Source: a virus (lineage: Duplodnaviria; Caudoviricetes). From it: a stretch of DNA of 64,000 nt. How positions within the stretch are numbered: the stretch's first letter is position 1; each line of letters begins with the position of its first letter. Below are positions 17,072 through 27,775 of this stretch, piece after piece. The stretch covers positions 32,001-96,000 of IMG/VR virus record IMGVR_UViG_3300025358_000002; one strand, 5' to 3'. The notes below the pieces were generated by a model that saw nothing but the letters and a program-made list of their open reading frames with translations, was not told the origin of the DNA and made no database searches. The translations under genes were made by a program, and so were the position numbers.

Positions 17072-19848
17072 TGAGTTGGAATAAATCAGGTACATTCACG
17101 TACACACCAGATATTAGCTGCTCTATCAGCACGATCAACAACGGTGTTATTGACGTATCTGCTGATATCACAAACTTCCAGGTCACAAGAAACATGAATG
17201 CCACAAGCTCATTCACAATGACGCTTGCCAACCCTAGACGTAAGTACAACCGCGTAATCAATACGATGGACAAAATTACGGTGTTTCTTAAAAGAACAAA
17301 TTTTGTTCAAGTTTTTACGGGGTATGTGACGCTGGCACCGATCGAGACGTTGGTGCCAACACCGGTAACAGTAAACGCTTACTGTACGTTGAGAAATTTG
17401 CAGCAGACGTTCTGGGATGACACGCTTCTGCAGTTTCAATCTTTGTTGCTTAACTACATGGACAGCTCTGCATCCAGCAGCAACGCTACCTTGAATGATG
17501 GTGGTATTGCTCAGGTCATTGTCAACCTACTTACCAAGGTAGCTGGATGGGATCCAAGCAGAATCCACATCGCTCCAGTACCACAGAAGTTCCTTGATAT
17601 CGCCGGTTCAATTGCAAAGAACCAAGACCTTTACAATTCTACGCTTAACCAAGCAGCGGTAGAAAACATCGCAACCATTCTTGGTGTCAACAATATTACC
17701 AGTGGCAAAAGCGTATCCAAAGGCAAGTATACATACGGCAAAGTACAAACCATTAACGACACGTCTGCGCCGGACGGTGGTGTAGGTACAGCGTTCTCAA
17801 TCTCTCGTTTTGTTGCCCTAAAGACTGCTGGTCTTAACGGAGGTAAAAAGTACTTCCCAGGTAAGAACAGTTTGAATGCAGTCGACTATAGCTCTATAAA
17901 AGACGACACTTACTACTGCTCTCTACCGTTCAGTTACATAACCAACACAAGCGTTAGCGGTGTAAACGCAGCAAAGCAATGGGTTTCTTATAACCCATAT
18001 AACCCTAATGGTATGGACTACAACGGACGTTTGCTTATTGCTTCCAACGATAAGACCAACCAGGTAGTTGTACTGAGAGCCACAAGTGTCACGCAGAAAA
18101 CAGATGCAAACAGCAACCTTATTTATCAGAACGGTTCAACTGTTGCTGATCCCAATGTTAACTACGGCCAGGTACACCCTGGCGTTGTAGCTTATCTTAA
18201 TGGTGCTGTAAGCGATCCAACACTATGGACCGAGAAAATTCCTGTCGATTTCTCATACGTAAAGGTTGCATGGGCTGACGAATCACAGGTTTCTGTTCCA
18301 GGGCCACAGCCAACAATTGCCCAGTCGTCCTCCAACAACATCGATTCATATCTTGGCATCAACACTCAATCCGCCACCACGTCTACTGTTCTTACCAGCG
18401 CAGCGAAAGCATTGCTTACATACTTAGACCAACAGATTGGTGCTATGTACAGCCAGGCTACAAGCGGGCCTGAGTACAGAGAAACCCCCAACAACCCATA
18501 CACTCACTCCGGTGGTTGGTTCGACTGTTCTGGACTTGTGCAATGGGCATACAGACAAATTGGCATTAACATCGGCGCCAACACTTTTGCACAGTGGGGT
18601 GCTGGTAATAACTCGGATGCCAATGAGAACGGTTTGTTTATCCCTAAAAGTCAGATGCCACAAGTTGGAGACTTGCTTTTCTGGGATGTGCCAGGGGACT
18701 ATAAGCCAGGAGTAAACGGTCCACAACCTGCACACGTTATGTGCTTAACGCAGGATTTTGATCCTAAAACTGGTGTAGGCCAAGTAATCTCAGCTTCAGA
18801 TTATGGTAGGCCAGTAGCTTATGGCTCAATTGTTTGGAGTCAGATCAAGAATGGCGGTGCTCCTCCCGGCTGGGGCATGTCATACATGGGTGCACGTAGA
18901 CCACTATCCAAGATCTCTGGTATTGCAGGTTCGATAACACGACCCATCTCTGTGCCCAGTACTTCTGCATACTCCAACTACACAGGATCAGGTGCTTCAA
19001 ACTTTGCCACATCCAGCGGTTCAACGTCTGACAACGCCACCATTCTTACGGACATTCAAGGATGGAACACCACGTGGATTGCACCCAACTATAACATCAC
19101 CGCAACCACACTTCAGGGAACGCCCCAAGCATTTTCGCTTGACAATCCGTTGCTACAGGACCTTGACCAGGTAATTTCTGCTGGTCTTAGATCGTATATG
19201 AGCGCGCCAAACGGCGACTTCATTGCTTGGTTCCCTGATTACTACGGTGTTTACGGTCAAGACCCTGCACTTGAAATCTCTGATATTGAAATTATTGACT
19301 TCCAGATCTATCACAATGATGACGCATTAGCAACTCACATTGCCGTGATCGGTGACACTACTGGTATTGGTAGCTCTATCAACATGGTCGACTTCATGAC
19401 CACTCAGGGCATTGTGAGTATTCAAGACGCCACCACTATGCAATTGTTGTTCGGCACGCTCAAGAACAATGCATCTACCGACGAACAAAATGCTCAGATT
19501 GCCATCAAGTTCTTGAATAGATATGGCGTTAGACCACAAGTCTCCCAGCAGAATATGCTGCACAGTCATGCATTAGAGTACTTCTTTGCTTTGCAAACGT
19601 TCATGGCTCAATGGGGAGCACAGTTCGTTAGCAACGTAACGTTCACTTTTATGCCTGAGCTGTACCCAGGAATGAGAATCGTTATCAACTTGGACAACGA
19701 AAATGGTGGCCAGGATCAATACCAGTTCTATTGCACACAGGTTACACACAATGGTGACCGTGTGGCTGGATTTACTACGCAAGCAACGCTGACTGCACCC
19801 ATGAAGAACGGCGTAGTGATGCACTACGGTTTGGATTTTGTGTCATGA
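17071..19848 (+). CDS. Baseplate hub protein with inserted NlpC/P60 peptidoglycan endopeptidase
   Basis: Hub-like ends (FTMTLANP..., FMPELYPGMRI...VTH); internal FDCSGLVQWAY...QVGDLLFW...HV. Confidence 0.8.
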   Translation: MSWNKSGTFTYTPDISCSISTINNGVIDVSADITNFQVTRNMNATSSFTMTLANPRRKYNRVINTMDKITVFLKRTNFVQVFTGYVTLAPIETLVPTPVTVNAYCTLRNLQQTFWDDTLLQFQSLLLNYMDSSASSSNATLNDGGIAQVIVNLLTKVAGWDPSRIHIAPVPQKFLDIAGSIAKNQDLYNSTLNQAAVENIATILGVNNITSGKSVSKGKYTYGKVQTINDTSAPDGGVGTAFSISRFVALKTAGLNGGKKYFPGKNSLNAVDYSSIKDDTYYCSLPFSYITNTSVSGVNAAKQWVSYNPYNPNGMDYNGRLLIASNDKTNQVVVLRATSVTQKTDANSNLIYQNGSTVADPNVNYGQVHPGVVAYLNGAVSDPTLWTEKIPVDFSYVKVAWADESQVSVPGPQPTIAQSSSNNIDSYLGINTQSATTSTVLTSAAKALLTYLDQQIGAMYSQATSGPEYRETPNNPYTHSGGWFDCSGLVQWAYRQIGINIGANTFAQWGAGNNSDANENGLFIPKSQMPQVGDLLFWDVPGDYKPGVNGPQPAHVMCLTQDFDPKTGVGQVISASDYGRPVAYGSIVWSQIKNGGAPPGWGMSYMGARRPLSKISGIAGSITRPISVPSTSAYSNYTGSGASNFATSSGSTSDNATILTDIQGWNTTWIAPNYNITATTLQGTPQAFSLDNPLLQDLDQVISAGLRSYMSAPNGDFIAWFPDYYGVYGQDPALEISDIEIIDFQIYHNDDALATHIAVIGDTTGIGSSINMVDFMTTQGIVSIQDATTMQLLFGTLKNNASTDEQNAQIAIKFLNRYGVRPQVSQQNMLHSHALEYFFALQTFMAQWGAQFVSNVTFTFMPELYPGMRIVINLDNENGGQDQYQFYCTQVTHNGDRVAGFTTQATLTAPMKNGVVMHYGLDFVS

Positions 19849-20630
19849 GTGTAATTAGCAAGAAGGTAGATACTAACGATGGTGTACGCAAGGTTGTTTT
19901 AACAACTTACCCTGAGCTGCACCCACTCAGCCAGGCCCCGAACGCTGCTCAAAACTACTACTGCTTGGCATTTGACATGAAGGGTTTTCAGTATCAGGTT
20001 GATCTGCAGGCTATGCCACCAGGAGTTACGATTGATCAGCTGGCTCCCAACCAGGTGTGGTGGGTGGAAAAGCGCACTTCTTTATATCGCTTGTATCTAT
20101 ACGCTGGCCTCCAAGATCCTTCAACATTACAGATTGACAGTACCGCTTCACTGCCAGCACTCCAAAACATAACTACGTACAGTGGCACATATGTAAACCC
20201 CATACTTACTTCTGCTTATGAAACCGTGGCGTTCAATCCAGGGGTTTCGCTAAGTGGTATTGTTAACCCAGTAATTATGAACACCGCCAGCGGTTCATTC
20301 TATTACTACCCAACTGCACCTACTGGTCAGTACAGCATTGCAATAACTGGTATGCCTACCATGCAGGGTCAAAGCGCAACATTTGCTTTGCTCGTTGCCA
20401 ATGGGCCTGCTGCTTATCTCCCTTCCTCTATAGTTATTAACGGAGTTCCAGCATCTTCGGGAGGGCTACCGGCCCAGGGATCTACATACAACAACATCAC
20501 TACGTACTATCAGGGTGGTTATGTTTGGACATCTGCTGACCCGAACACGGTGGATTCATACACGTTTACCGTGATCTGCACATCATCTAAGCCCACCTAT
20601 GCGGTCTTTGCGGGCCTGACTAAGTTCTAA
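19845..20630 (+). CDS. Spike-position baseplate protein with C-terminal domain paralogous to 118..2751
   Basis: Follows the hub; C-terminal SATFALLV...DSYTFTVICTSS.PT...AGLTKF shared with the first fibre. Confidence 0.55.
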   Translation: MSVISKKVDTNDGVRKVVLTTYPELHPLSQAPNAAQNYYCLAFDMKGFQYQVDLQAMPPGVTIDQLAPNQVWWVEKRTSLYRLYLYAGLQDPSTLQIDSTASLPALQNITTYSGTYVNPILTSAYETVAFNPGVSLSGIVNPVIMNTASGSFYYYPTAPTGQYSIAITGMPTMQGQSATFALLVANGPAAYLPSSIVINGVPASSGGLPAQGSTYNNITTYYQGGYVWTSADPNTVDSYTFTVICTSSKPTYAVFAGLTKF

Positions 20631-20668
20631 CAGCAATGTACTATAACCCTTATTTTACATAAGATATT

Positions 20669-21130
20669 ATGAAGACGATCACAGTTAGCAACGGCGATAT
20701 TCAATTAAACAGCGGAAAACTGCAGTTTTCCTATGGTTCAAATAAACTAGCACAAGACATTGCTTTGTGGCTTGAAGAACCTTTGGGGACGGGGTGGACT
20801 ACACCTAATTTTGGTAGCCTTCTTCCTGGCATGATCGGTCAATCTCAGACTAGCGGAACACCCGCAAGCATTGAAACTGAGATAATTAGAGTGTTACAGT
20901 TGTACCAGGGCAATCAAATCTTGGCACTACAAAATGCGCAAAATTCTGCTCAACTATCGATCTGGAATAGAAACGAGATTATACAAAACATTGTTTCTGT
21001 CAACGCAACGGTCTCAAACAACAACGGGACACAGATTAATGCCACCATTGTCATTCAAACACTTGCTGGCAACCTTGTTAACTTAATCGCTTCTATCAAT
21101 AACAACGGAGTCACGGTCCAAAATGGCTGA
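20669..21130 (+). CDS. Baseplate wedge subunit (gp25/W-like)
   Basis: NGDIQL, KLAQDI..WL.EPLG...PNFGSLL motif. Confidence 0.75.
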   Translation: MKTITVSNGDIQLNSGKLQFSYGSNKLAQDIALWLEEPLGTGWTTPNFGSLLPGMIGQSQTSGTPASIETEIIRVLQLYQGNQILALQNAQNSAQLSIWNRNEIIQNIVSVNATVSNNNGTQINATIVIQTLAGNLVNLIASINNNGVTVQNG

Positions 21131-23648
21131 TACAACAGGAATTCTAGCTAGATTACAAGCAGCTCTCACCACGTACGACCCTTCATGGGACGTAAGCGTA
21201 GGCAGCCCTACCTACAAGATCTTTGAATCAGTTGCTCAGGAAATCGCAAACGCTAACAACAACTCTACGCTGCAGACTTACAGCTACAATATTAACACAA
21301 AATCCGGTAGTGACCTTGACACGTTTGTCAATTTGTTTGGTATCTATCGTCAGCTCGGTAAGAGATCTGTTGGAACCGTATCGTTTATTTCAAATACGCC
21401 AGCCATCAGTATCATCAATATTCCATTGGGAACTCAGGTAGCTGTACCAGTTGGCCCAAGGTACACAACGCCAATTTACTTCACCACTACTGCGCCTGCT
21501 ATTATCCCAATTGGCGGCACACAAACAAACGTGCCAGTCATTGGAACCCTGCCCGGTGTGTTCGGCAACGTTCCTGCTAATACCATTACGGCAATGGTAA
21601 CCACTCTTAACGGAGTCACGTCAATTGCCAATGTTAACCCCACTACTGGTGGTACTGATCCTGAAAGCGACGCCCAGCTTCGATCAAGATGGCAGGCTAC
21701 CGCATTCAACAACACTACCGGCACCAACGGTAAGTACATTGTTACTGCTTTGCAGAACCCAAACGTCAACCTTGCCAACGCTGTAAGCTCACAGTCTTTC
21801 TATGACGAACAGTTGTCAATTCAAGCAACGGTTAGTGGCGGCTCTAGCAACGTAACATTCCAGATGATTGCATACAGTGGCATGACTAACGTAGTAAGTG
21901 GCACTGTATACAGCGGAACCAATATCGTTACATATAGCGGCTTCACTTCATCAACAACTGGCACTGCACTTGCTTCTGGCCTTCAGGCAATGGTCAGTGG
22001 TGTTGCACCTAATTACGGTATTAACGTAACGGCAACACCTTCAGGAAACACAATCAACCAGGGTCTTAATATCCAATTCGGTGGACCTAGCCCATACCGC
22101 TTGACAATTGGTAGTGGCAACACGCTTAGTGCAAGTGGCGTAACAGGTGTTACTGGTGCAGTTACCATTAGTGGCACAACGTACACGGAATACGTACGTA
22201 GTGGCAACCCCGACATCGGTGCTCCAGGAACTTTGTCCTACAACCCAACATATAGCGGCTACCTATATCCACAGGGGAACGAGCTTGTAGGAACTAGCTT
22301 AAACTCAGCAAGTCAAACTGTATACGTTCCTAACTCTGACTACTACTACAACAGCGGTGGTACGTACACAGTAAGTGGTACCTTCTCGCCACAGCTGTTC
22401 TTGTCAATTGCTAACCCCACAAACAGCGGGACAATGTTTATTGGCAACACGGTTGAAGTGATCTCGGAATATAACCCTGCCTCCAATCGTTCATTGACAA
22501 TTACTAGCGGTAACTACGTAGACGTATTTATCGATGGTACAACAGCTGGCATTGCTACCGAACAAGTTGTGTTTAACCCATCCTTTACGTTGTCTTCGGG
22601 CAATAGCATCAGGTACTTGAACTCAGGGAACTACGTACTTGGTAGCGGTGGCAGCGCAGGCACTCACACAACAACCGATACTCAGGGTGACTACTACATC
22701 CCACTTGATCGTCAGCCACTTATCAACTTCCCATCGCAGCTCAGTGCAGCTTCTAGCGGAATTGCTGACACTTTTTTCCTTTACAATCCTATCAACAACA
22801 CTGGGGCAACTTACCCAATTTGTTTGAATCCATACAATTTTATTACGTTTACTGGAACCGTAACGGCGTCCCAATATACGTATATAAATGTTTACGGTGT
22901 AACAGTTACTGGATCCACCGTATCGGGTATTAACTTCGTTTCTGTTCCAAACGCAAACACGTTCCTGGCACCCGGGTTGGCGTTGGCACAAGATGGTAGT
23001 GGTATCCTCGGTGCTGGTACGTGGATTTCAAGTGTGTCGAGCAGCGGTATTTACTTGAGCTCATCGGTATCAAACAGCGGAACAACAACCTTTAGTGGTA
23101 AGTCCGTTGCTTATCCAATTTACGATAACACCAATCAAGCGAACAGTGTTCACTCGATGACAGGTATTGTTCTGGACGCATCCACACCGCCTTCAGGATG
23201 GCCATCTCAGCCATCTACTCCATCATGGGTACAGTACACACACAACTACAACAATGACGTTGTAGACGTAGAAGCACTTGTTCAGCAGAGCAGACCATTT
23301 GGTACCAACACCATGGTTCACCAGGCCGTCTTTCAGCGATTGAGTGTAAGCGTAAGAATCGTATTCTCCAGTGGGTACAGTCTGCCAATTGTTCAGTCGA
23401 GCATCTTGAACCAACTTCAGAACTATTTCAATGGCAGCGGGTATCTTTCTATCATCTCGTTTGCTCAGATTCAAACCCAGATCATGAACGTAGCTGGTGT
23501 ATCAAACGCACGTGTTACAAGTGTAAGCACAACGGCTCTGGATGGCACGGTTCTCAGTACATACACATCAGACTTCCTGCTTCCAAGCAACCAGTTACCA
23601 TTGATCAGCAACATTAATTACACAATTGTTGGAGCAAGCACCTTCTAA
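21123..23648 (+). CDS. Baseplate J-like wedge protein with a large inserted domain
   Basis: SGSDLDTFVNLFGIYR, IPLGTQV, GNVPANTIT, TTGGTDPESDAQLRSR, IMNVAGVSNA. Confidence 0.9.
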   Translation: MADTTGILARLQAALTTYDPSWDVSVGSPTYKIFESVAQEIANANNNSTLQTYSYNINTKSGSDLDTFVNLFGIYRQLGKRSVGTVSFISNTPAISIINIPLGTQVAVPVGPRYTTPIYFTTTAPAIIPIGGTQTNVPVIGTLPGVFGNVPANTITAMVTTLNGVTSIANVNPTTGGTDPESDAQLRSRWQATAFNNTTGTNGKYIVTALQNPNVNLANAVSSQSFYDEQLSIQATVSGGSSNVTFQMIAYSGMTNVVSGTVYSGTNIVTYSGFTSSTTGTALASGLQAMVSGVAPNYGINVTATPSGNTINQGLNIQFGGPSPYRLTIGSGNTLSASGVTGVTGAVTISGTTYTEYVRSGNPDIGAPGTLSYNPTYSGYLYPQGNELVGTSLNSASQTVYVPNSDYYYNSGGTYTVSGTFSPQLFLSIANPTNSGTMFIGNTVEVISEYNPASNRSLTITSGNYVDVFIDGTTAGIATEQVVFNPSFTLSSGNSIRYLNSGNYVLGSGGSAGTHTTTDTQGDYYIPLDRQPLINFPSQLSAASSGIADTFFLYNPINNTGATYPICLNPYNFITFTGTVTASQYTYINVYGVTVTGSTVSGINFVSVPNANTFLAPGLALAQDGSGILGAGTWISSVSSSGIYLSSSVSNSGTTTFSGKSVAYPIYDNTNQANSVHSMTGIVLDASTPPSGWPSQPSTPSWVQYTHNYNNDVVDVEALVQQSRPFGTNTMVHQAVFQRLSVSVRIVFSSGYSLPIVQSSILNQLQNYFNGSGYLSIISFAQIQTQIMNVAGVSNARVTSVSTTALDGTVLSTYTSDFLLPSNQLPLISNINYTIVGASTF

Positions 23649-24610
23649 TGCCGGGCAACGTCTTCCCAATATCTCCTCACTCTACCTTAGCCAAGAAGGT
23701 AGAGAACTTCCCTGAGCAGATTTACAACTTTAATGAGGGCGACAATCTCACAAACCTTATGACCATTTTGCTTGGCAACAGTGGAACTGGTCAGCTCAGA
23801 AATATTCAGACCGTAGCACGCCTTGGGCAAGAAATCATTGAGTTCAGTAACCTGGACAACATCCTCGGTCAAATCTACCAAATCAATAGAATTTCATCTG
23901 AGATCTATAGCTTCGCTACTAACCCGTTCATTGACCAGCTTCTTAATGCGCAATGGGAAGAAGTGCAACGTAAGGACGCTCTTTACCGCGAACGTTTGCT
24001 GGGAGCAGCGGAAGCATTTCAGATCGGTGCCAACCTATGGGGTATCCTCACCTTGTGCGAAGCTATCACTGGTATCAAGTTCTATGCGCTTGAAAGCTGG
24101 AGAACTCCTGGGTATGGCAGAGCAGGACTCAACGCAGGTCAAGAAATTGTTCTTATCCCCTTGGTTGACGGGAACGTATTCAAGTGGGATCAGAGCAAGG
24201 CTCAGGGAATTCTTTCTGCAATACAAAAGATTGTCCCCAACAACTACATCATTAGTTTTGGCAATCCATATCTGACAATGACGCAAGTGCCGCTAAGCAG
24301 CGTTACCGTTTCTGGCGGCAATCCAGTGGGTTATTCTGAATACTTTTATTTGCAGCCAACAGTAACGGCAACGAACATTTATACGCCAGCAAACATTACG
24401 CCAGGTGCTGGTACTAGATACTGGCTCACAAGAAATCAGCAAAGTGTTGCTCCATACTTTGCTCACTTACAGACTGAAGAAATCATCATTGACCTAACGG
24501 GCAACATTGTAAACGTTTCTAGCACAGATACAAATGGAAACGGTGCCCCAAGTAATAGCGTTGCCATCCCTACAGTACAAGTTACATCTACCCTTTATGG
24601 TGCACAATAA
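23648..24610 (+). CDS. Baseplate wedge protein (gpI-like)
   Basis: Follows J; LDNILG...DALYRERL...GILTLCEAITG pattern. Confidence 0.65.
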   Translation: MPGNVFPISPHSTLAKKVENFPEQIYNFNEGDNLTNLMTILLGNSGTGQLRNIQTVARLGQEIIEFSNLDNILGQIYQINRISSEIYSFATNPFIDQLLNAQWEEVQRKDALYRERLLGAAEAFQIGANLWGILTLCEAITGIKFYALESWRTPGYGRAGLNAGQEIVLIPLVDGNVFKWDQSKAQGILSAIQKIVPNNYIISFGNPYLTMTQVPLSSVTVSGGNPVGYSEYFYLQPTVTATNIYTPANITPGAGTRYWLTRNQQSVAPYFAHLQTEEIIIDLTGNIVNVSSTDTNGNGAPSNSVAIPTVQVTSTLYGAQ

Positions 24611-27600
24611 TGTCGATCATCCCAAGTAATACTGACCCGTTACAGGAATATGTAAGCGGTGGTGCGACTCCACCATTAACAATTAACGGGCTTGTATATA
24701 ACAAGATCTATGCACAAACAGGTGTGCTTGACACCATCAAGACCAACCAACGCACTGGGTATACAGATCCCAACATCAGCATTGTTAACGGGTCCAACAA
24801 CCTCACTATCTTTGACCAATTTGTTGAAAACACGTGGATCTCTAGCCAGCAATTCGGTGGACCCAACAGCCCTCCTGTTATCCTGACATACAATTTCAGT
24901 ACCAACACCTACTTTAACATTGTCAAACTGTATGCGCTTAATGTTCCATGCTTTGTTGAACTAGGTTGGATTGACACCAACAACAATTGGAACGCTCTTC
25001 CTGGTTCCTCCACGTTTGTTAACGCCGGTGGCTCTGATATCTACACCACTACTGACTGGTTGCCCCTTACATACAACGCACCGTCTACACAGTACACACC
25101 CAATTTAGCAATCCGGATCACACGCAACCAAGCGGTTCAAGGTATTAGCAATGGTATCCCTGTAGACCTTGCATACTCGGTGGGCCTTACATCCGTCAGT
25201 GTCCGTTTGCAAGTGCTGCAAGAATCTGATGTACCTTCTGCGGTTATCAACGGAACAAACTCCGTCAATACGCAGAACCGTTTTGGTTTCTTAGAGAACT
25301 ACACGTTTGTCAACGATCCTATAGCCAACATTTATGGCAATGACACTGCATTCTGGAAGTGTGCACCACAACCAACTGGCGACTCCATTGTTTATTTTTA
25401 CGCTCAGGTAAGTGACCCTACGCCAACAACGATCAACCGTCTATACATTGACCCAATGTACAGCGGATGTAAGTTCAACATCTACTGGACTACTCAGTCC
25501 ACTGCAGGTGGAACTGTTGACCCAGGTCAGTTCACATGGACACCAATTCAGAGAGACTTTAATCTGCGTAAAGGGCTCTATGATTTGCCAAACGTTACGT
25601 GTACGTACTTGAAGTTTGAGTTCACACAGCTTATACCAGAAGCATATGACCTGCCTGTTGACGTCATCACAAAAACTGTCAACGTGTTTCCTTCAGATGT
25701 TGAAGAATATTACAGTCAAATTGAAAGCAACATTATCGATGGAAACTCTGTTCAGTACAGTTTCCTTGGCAACAACAACAACCCACAAACTTCAACTACC
25801 ACAAACCTGAATGCTTCTACGCTGTTTGGCCTGTCTTCAAATACTATCAACAATGACATCTCTTGGCCAAACCTAGGTTCACTTAATTCTTCACAGCTTG
25901 GTAATACCACTACGACTGCTCTTACAACCAACTCCTACATTACTGACCCTACTTTTAGTTACAAAACCATTGACAACAATGGTAATTACAATAACGTTGC
26001 ATACAACCAGTTCTTGCAGCGTCGTTTCCCGTGGACAACCGTACACAACTACACTCAGATTACTATTGATCAGAGCTGGCACGAAGCCTACTTCACGGGT
26101 ATCCAGTATCTTACAGCGTTTTACGAACAACAGTTTGACGATATCCGCAGCAACCCAACCAATCTGATCGCAAGTAACGGCACCACCAACGGTTTTATTT
26201 CTCAGAATGTTAACTACGTGGGTCTTAACCCCGATGACACTGCCACAACAAAATGGTACTCAACTCTTGATACATTCACCAGTTTTAATATCGGTGCTCT
26301 TACTAGTGACTGGAGCAGTTTCTTAACAGATTCGCAAGTTCTTATGAACGATTCATCGGTTCTGCTTAGCCAGTACAGAGATAATTGTTCCGCCAGCGGT
26401 ATTGGCAACTTTGGAACCAGCACCATTGTTGCTGTTTCAGGTCTTGCCAGCAACAACTCTTATAGCATTCGTTCAGCAGCGTACCCAACATCGAGTAACG
26501 AAATTGCGTATACAGATGCAAACTTTATCACGATCAACAATTGGTCAGGTTTGAGCGGCACCACCGTAGCAACACAAAAAGTGTCTTGGATTTCTGGCAC
26601 TACAAGTGGTACCGCTAGCGGGTTGTCTGTTAGTGCTGGTGCATACACAGCTGTATACAACTTCACTATTCCAGGTGTAGCGGCAAGCGGTACTACGCCA
26701 TGGCTTCTTGATTTTGGTGCTCCAGCAGAGGGTGTTACTGGTTATGGTGTCTATAACCCAACGAACCAATCTTTAAGCTATTACTTCTACACAGGGGTAC
26801 AAGTATCCGGCAATAGCTCTGGCATCTCACAGGTAAGCGGAACGCTTAGTGCCTACACACAGTTCGTGAATTCATCCAATGCTCCTGTTAGCGGTACGGT
26901 CGTACCAGGATCTACGGTTACATTCGCATCCGGTAGCGGTAGCAACCTTGGCTACTTGACATCAACGAACTATACCAGCAGCATTCCAACAAACACAATC
27001 CAGCTCGTTATCAGTGGCTTTGGTAGCCCGTACAACTTGTACCAACTTGGTGCTTTCCCATCACCAACAACTACATGGACATCTCCACAAGACCGAAACA
27101 ACATGCGTGTAAGTGGTGTTGCCAGAATGTTCTTACCCTTTACTGATAAGGGTACATACAGAATTAGTTTATTTGCAAGCAACGGTGCAACGCAGACAGA
27201 GCTTGCGTTCAAGCAGTTCTCATCTGGGCAGATCCCTCTCAATACGTGGTTTGAAGTACAACTGGAATCTTTTACGGGTAAAAACTACTCCAATTTCTAC
27301 GTACAAATTACCCAGGTAAACCAGTTTGTTGACGAAGTATTTTACGTAAGTATGCTGTCACCCTTCTACCACCCAGTACGTTTTGAGTACAGCACTATTA
27401 GCGGAGCTGCAACCAACTACCAGGTAATCACTGGTCCTATTAATGATCCTACATATTTTGTGAGCACCACATCAGGTATTCCAGCCAGTGGTATTCAGCT
27501 GAGGATGACCGCTCTTGACCCAAACGTTTTCATTTCTGGAGTGAGTGTTGTTCCTTATTACAAGAGTAGTCCTTACTATGCAGAACTGGATATTGATTAC

Positions 27601-27744
27601 GTTGGCAACAGTAAAACCAACGAGGTCAGTTCACGTAGAGCTGTAGCGAACAAACCGTTCTTTCAGAATACTACTGAGGTTTATCCTCTCCGTTTCAATG
27701 TAGATACTGTAGTAGGACCTACGACAAATTACGTTTCAGCTTGA
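24610..27744 (+). CDS. Large baseplate/tail-fibre-associated structural protein
   Basis: 1044 aa, beta-rich with S/T/N/G bias; ends the tail module. Confidence 0.6.
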   Translation: MSIIPSNTDPLQEYVSGGATPPLTINGLVYNKIYAQTGVLDTIKTNQRTGYTDPNISIVNGSNNLTIFDQFVENTWISSQQFGGPNSPPVILTYNFSTNTYFNIVKLYALNVPCFVELGWIDTNNNWNALPGSSTFVNAGGSDIYTTTDWLPLTYNAPSTQYTPNLAIRITRNQAVQGISNGIPVDLAYSVGLTSVSVRLQVLQESDVPSAVINGTNSVNTQNRFGFLENYTFVNDPIANIYGNDTAFWKCAPQPTGDSIVYFYAQVSDPTPTTINRLYIDPMYSGCKFNIYWTTQSTAGGTVDPGQFTWTPIQRDFNLRKGLYDLPNVTCTYLKFEFTQLIPEAYDLPVDVITKTVNVFPSDVEEYYSQIESNIIDGNSVQYSFLGNNNNPQTSTTTNLNASTLFGLSSNTINNDISWPNLGSLNSSQLGNTTTTALTTNSYITDPTFSYKTIDNNGNYNNVAYNQFLQRRFPWTTVHNYTQITIDQSWHEAYFTGIQYLTAFYEQQFDDIRSNPTNLIASNGTTNGFISQNVNYVGLNPDDTATTKWYSTLDTFTSFNIGALTSDWSSFLTDSQVLMNDSSVLLSQYRDNCSASGIGNFGTSTIVAVSGLASNNSYSIRSAAYPTSSNEIAYTDANFITINNWSGLSGTTVATQKVSWISGTTSGTASGLSVSAGAYTAVYNFTIPGVAASGTTPWLLDFGAPAEGVTGYGVYNPTNQSLSYYFYTGVQVSGNSSGISQVSGTLSAYTQFVNSSNAPVSGTVVPGSTVTFASGSGSNLGYLTSTNYTSSIPTNTIQLVISGFGSPYNLYQLGAFPSPTTTWTSPQDRNNMRVSGVARMFLPFTDKGTYRISLFASNGATQTELAFKQFSSGQIPLNTWFEVQLESFTGKNYSNFYVQITQVNQFVDEVFYVSMLSPFYHPVRFEYSTISGAATNYQVITGPINDPTYFVSTTSGIPASGIQLRMTALDPNVFISGVSVVPYYKSSPYYAELDIDYVGNSKTNEVSSRRAVANKPFFQNTTEVYPLRFNVDTVVGPTTNYVSA

Positions 27745-27769
27745 TCTTTTTCTTGATCGGTGATATGAT
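27741..27769 (+). promoter_or_regulatory. Sigma-70/SigA-type promoter giving a probably leaderless mRNA
   Basis: TTGATC-17 nt-(TGa)TATGAT; ATG at 27776 is 7 nt after the -10 box. Confidence 0.6.
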
Positions 27770-27775
27770 TTGTTC

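Noticed and set aside
2674-20588. Diversity-generating retroelement TR/VR pair between the two similar C-terminal domains
   Set aside because: No reverse transcriptase in the window, both copies are coding, and the differences are not adenine-specific
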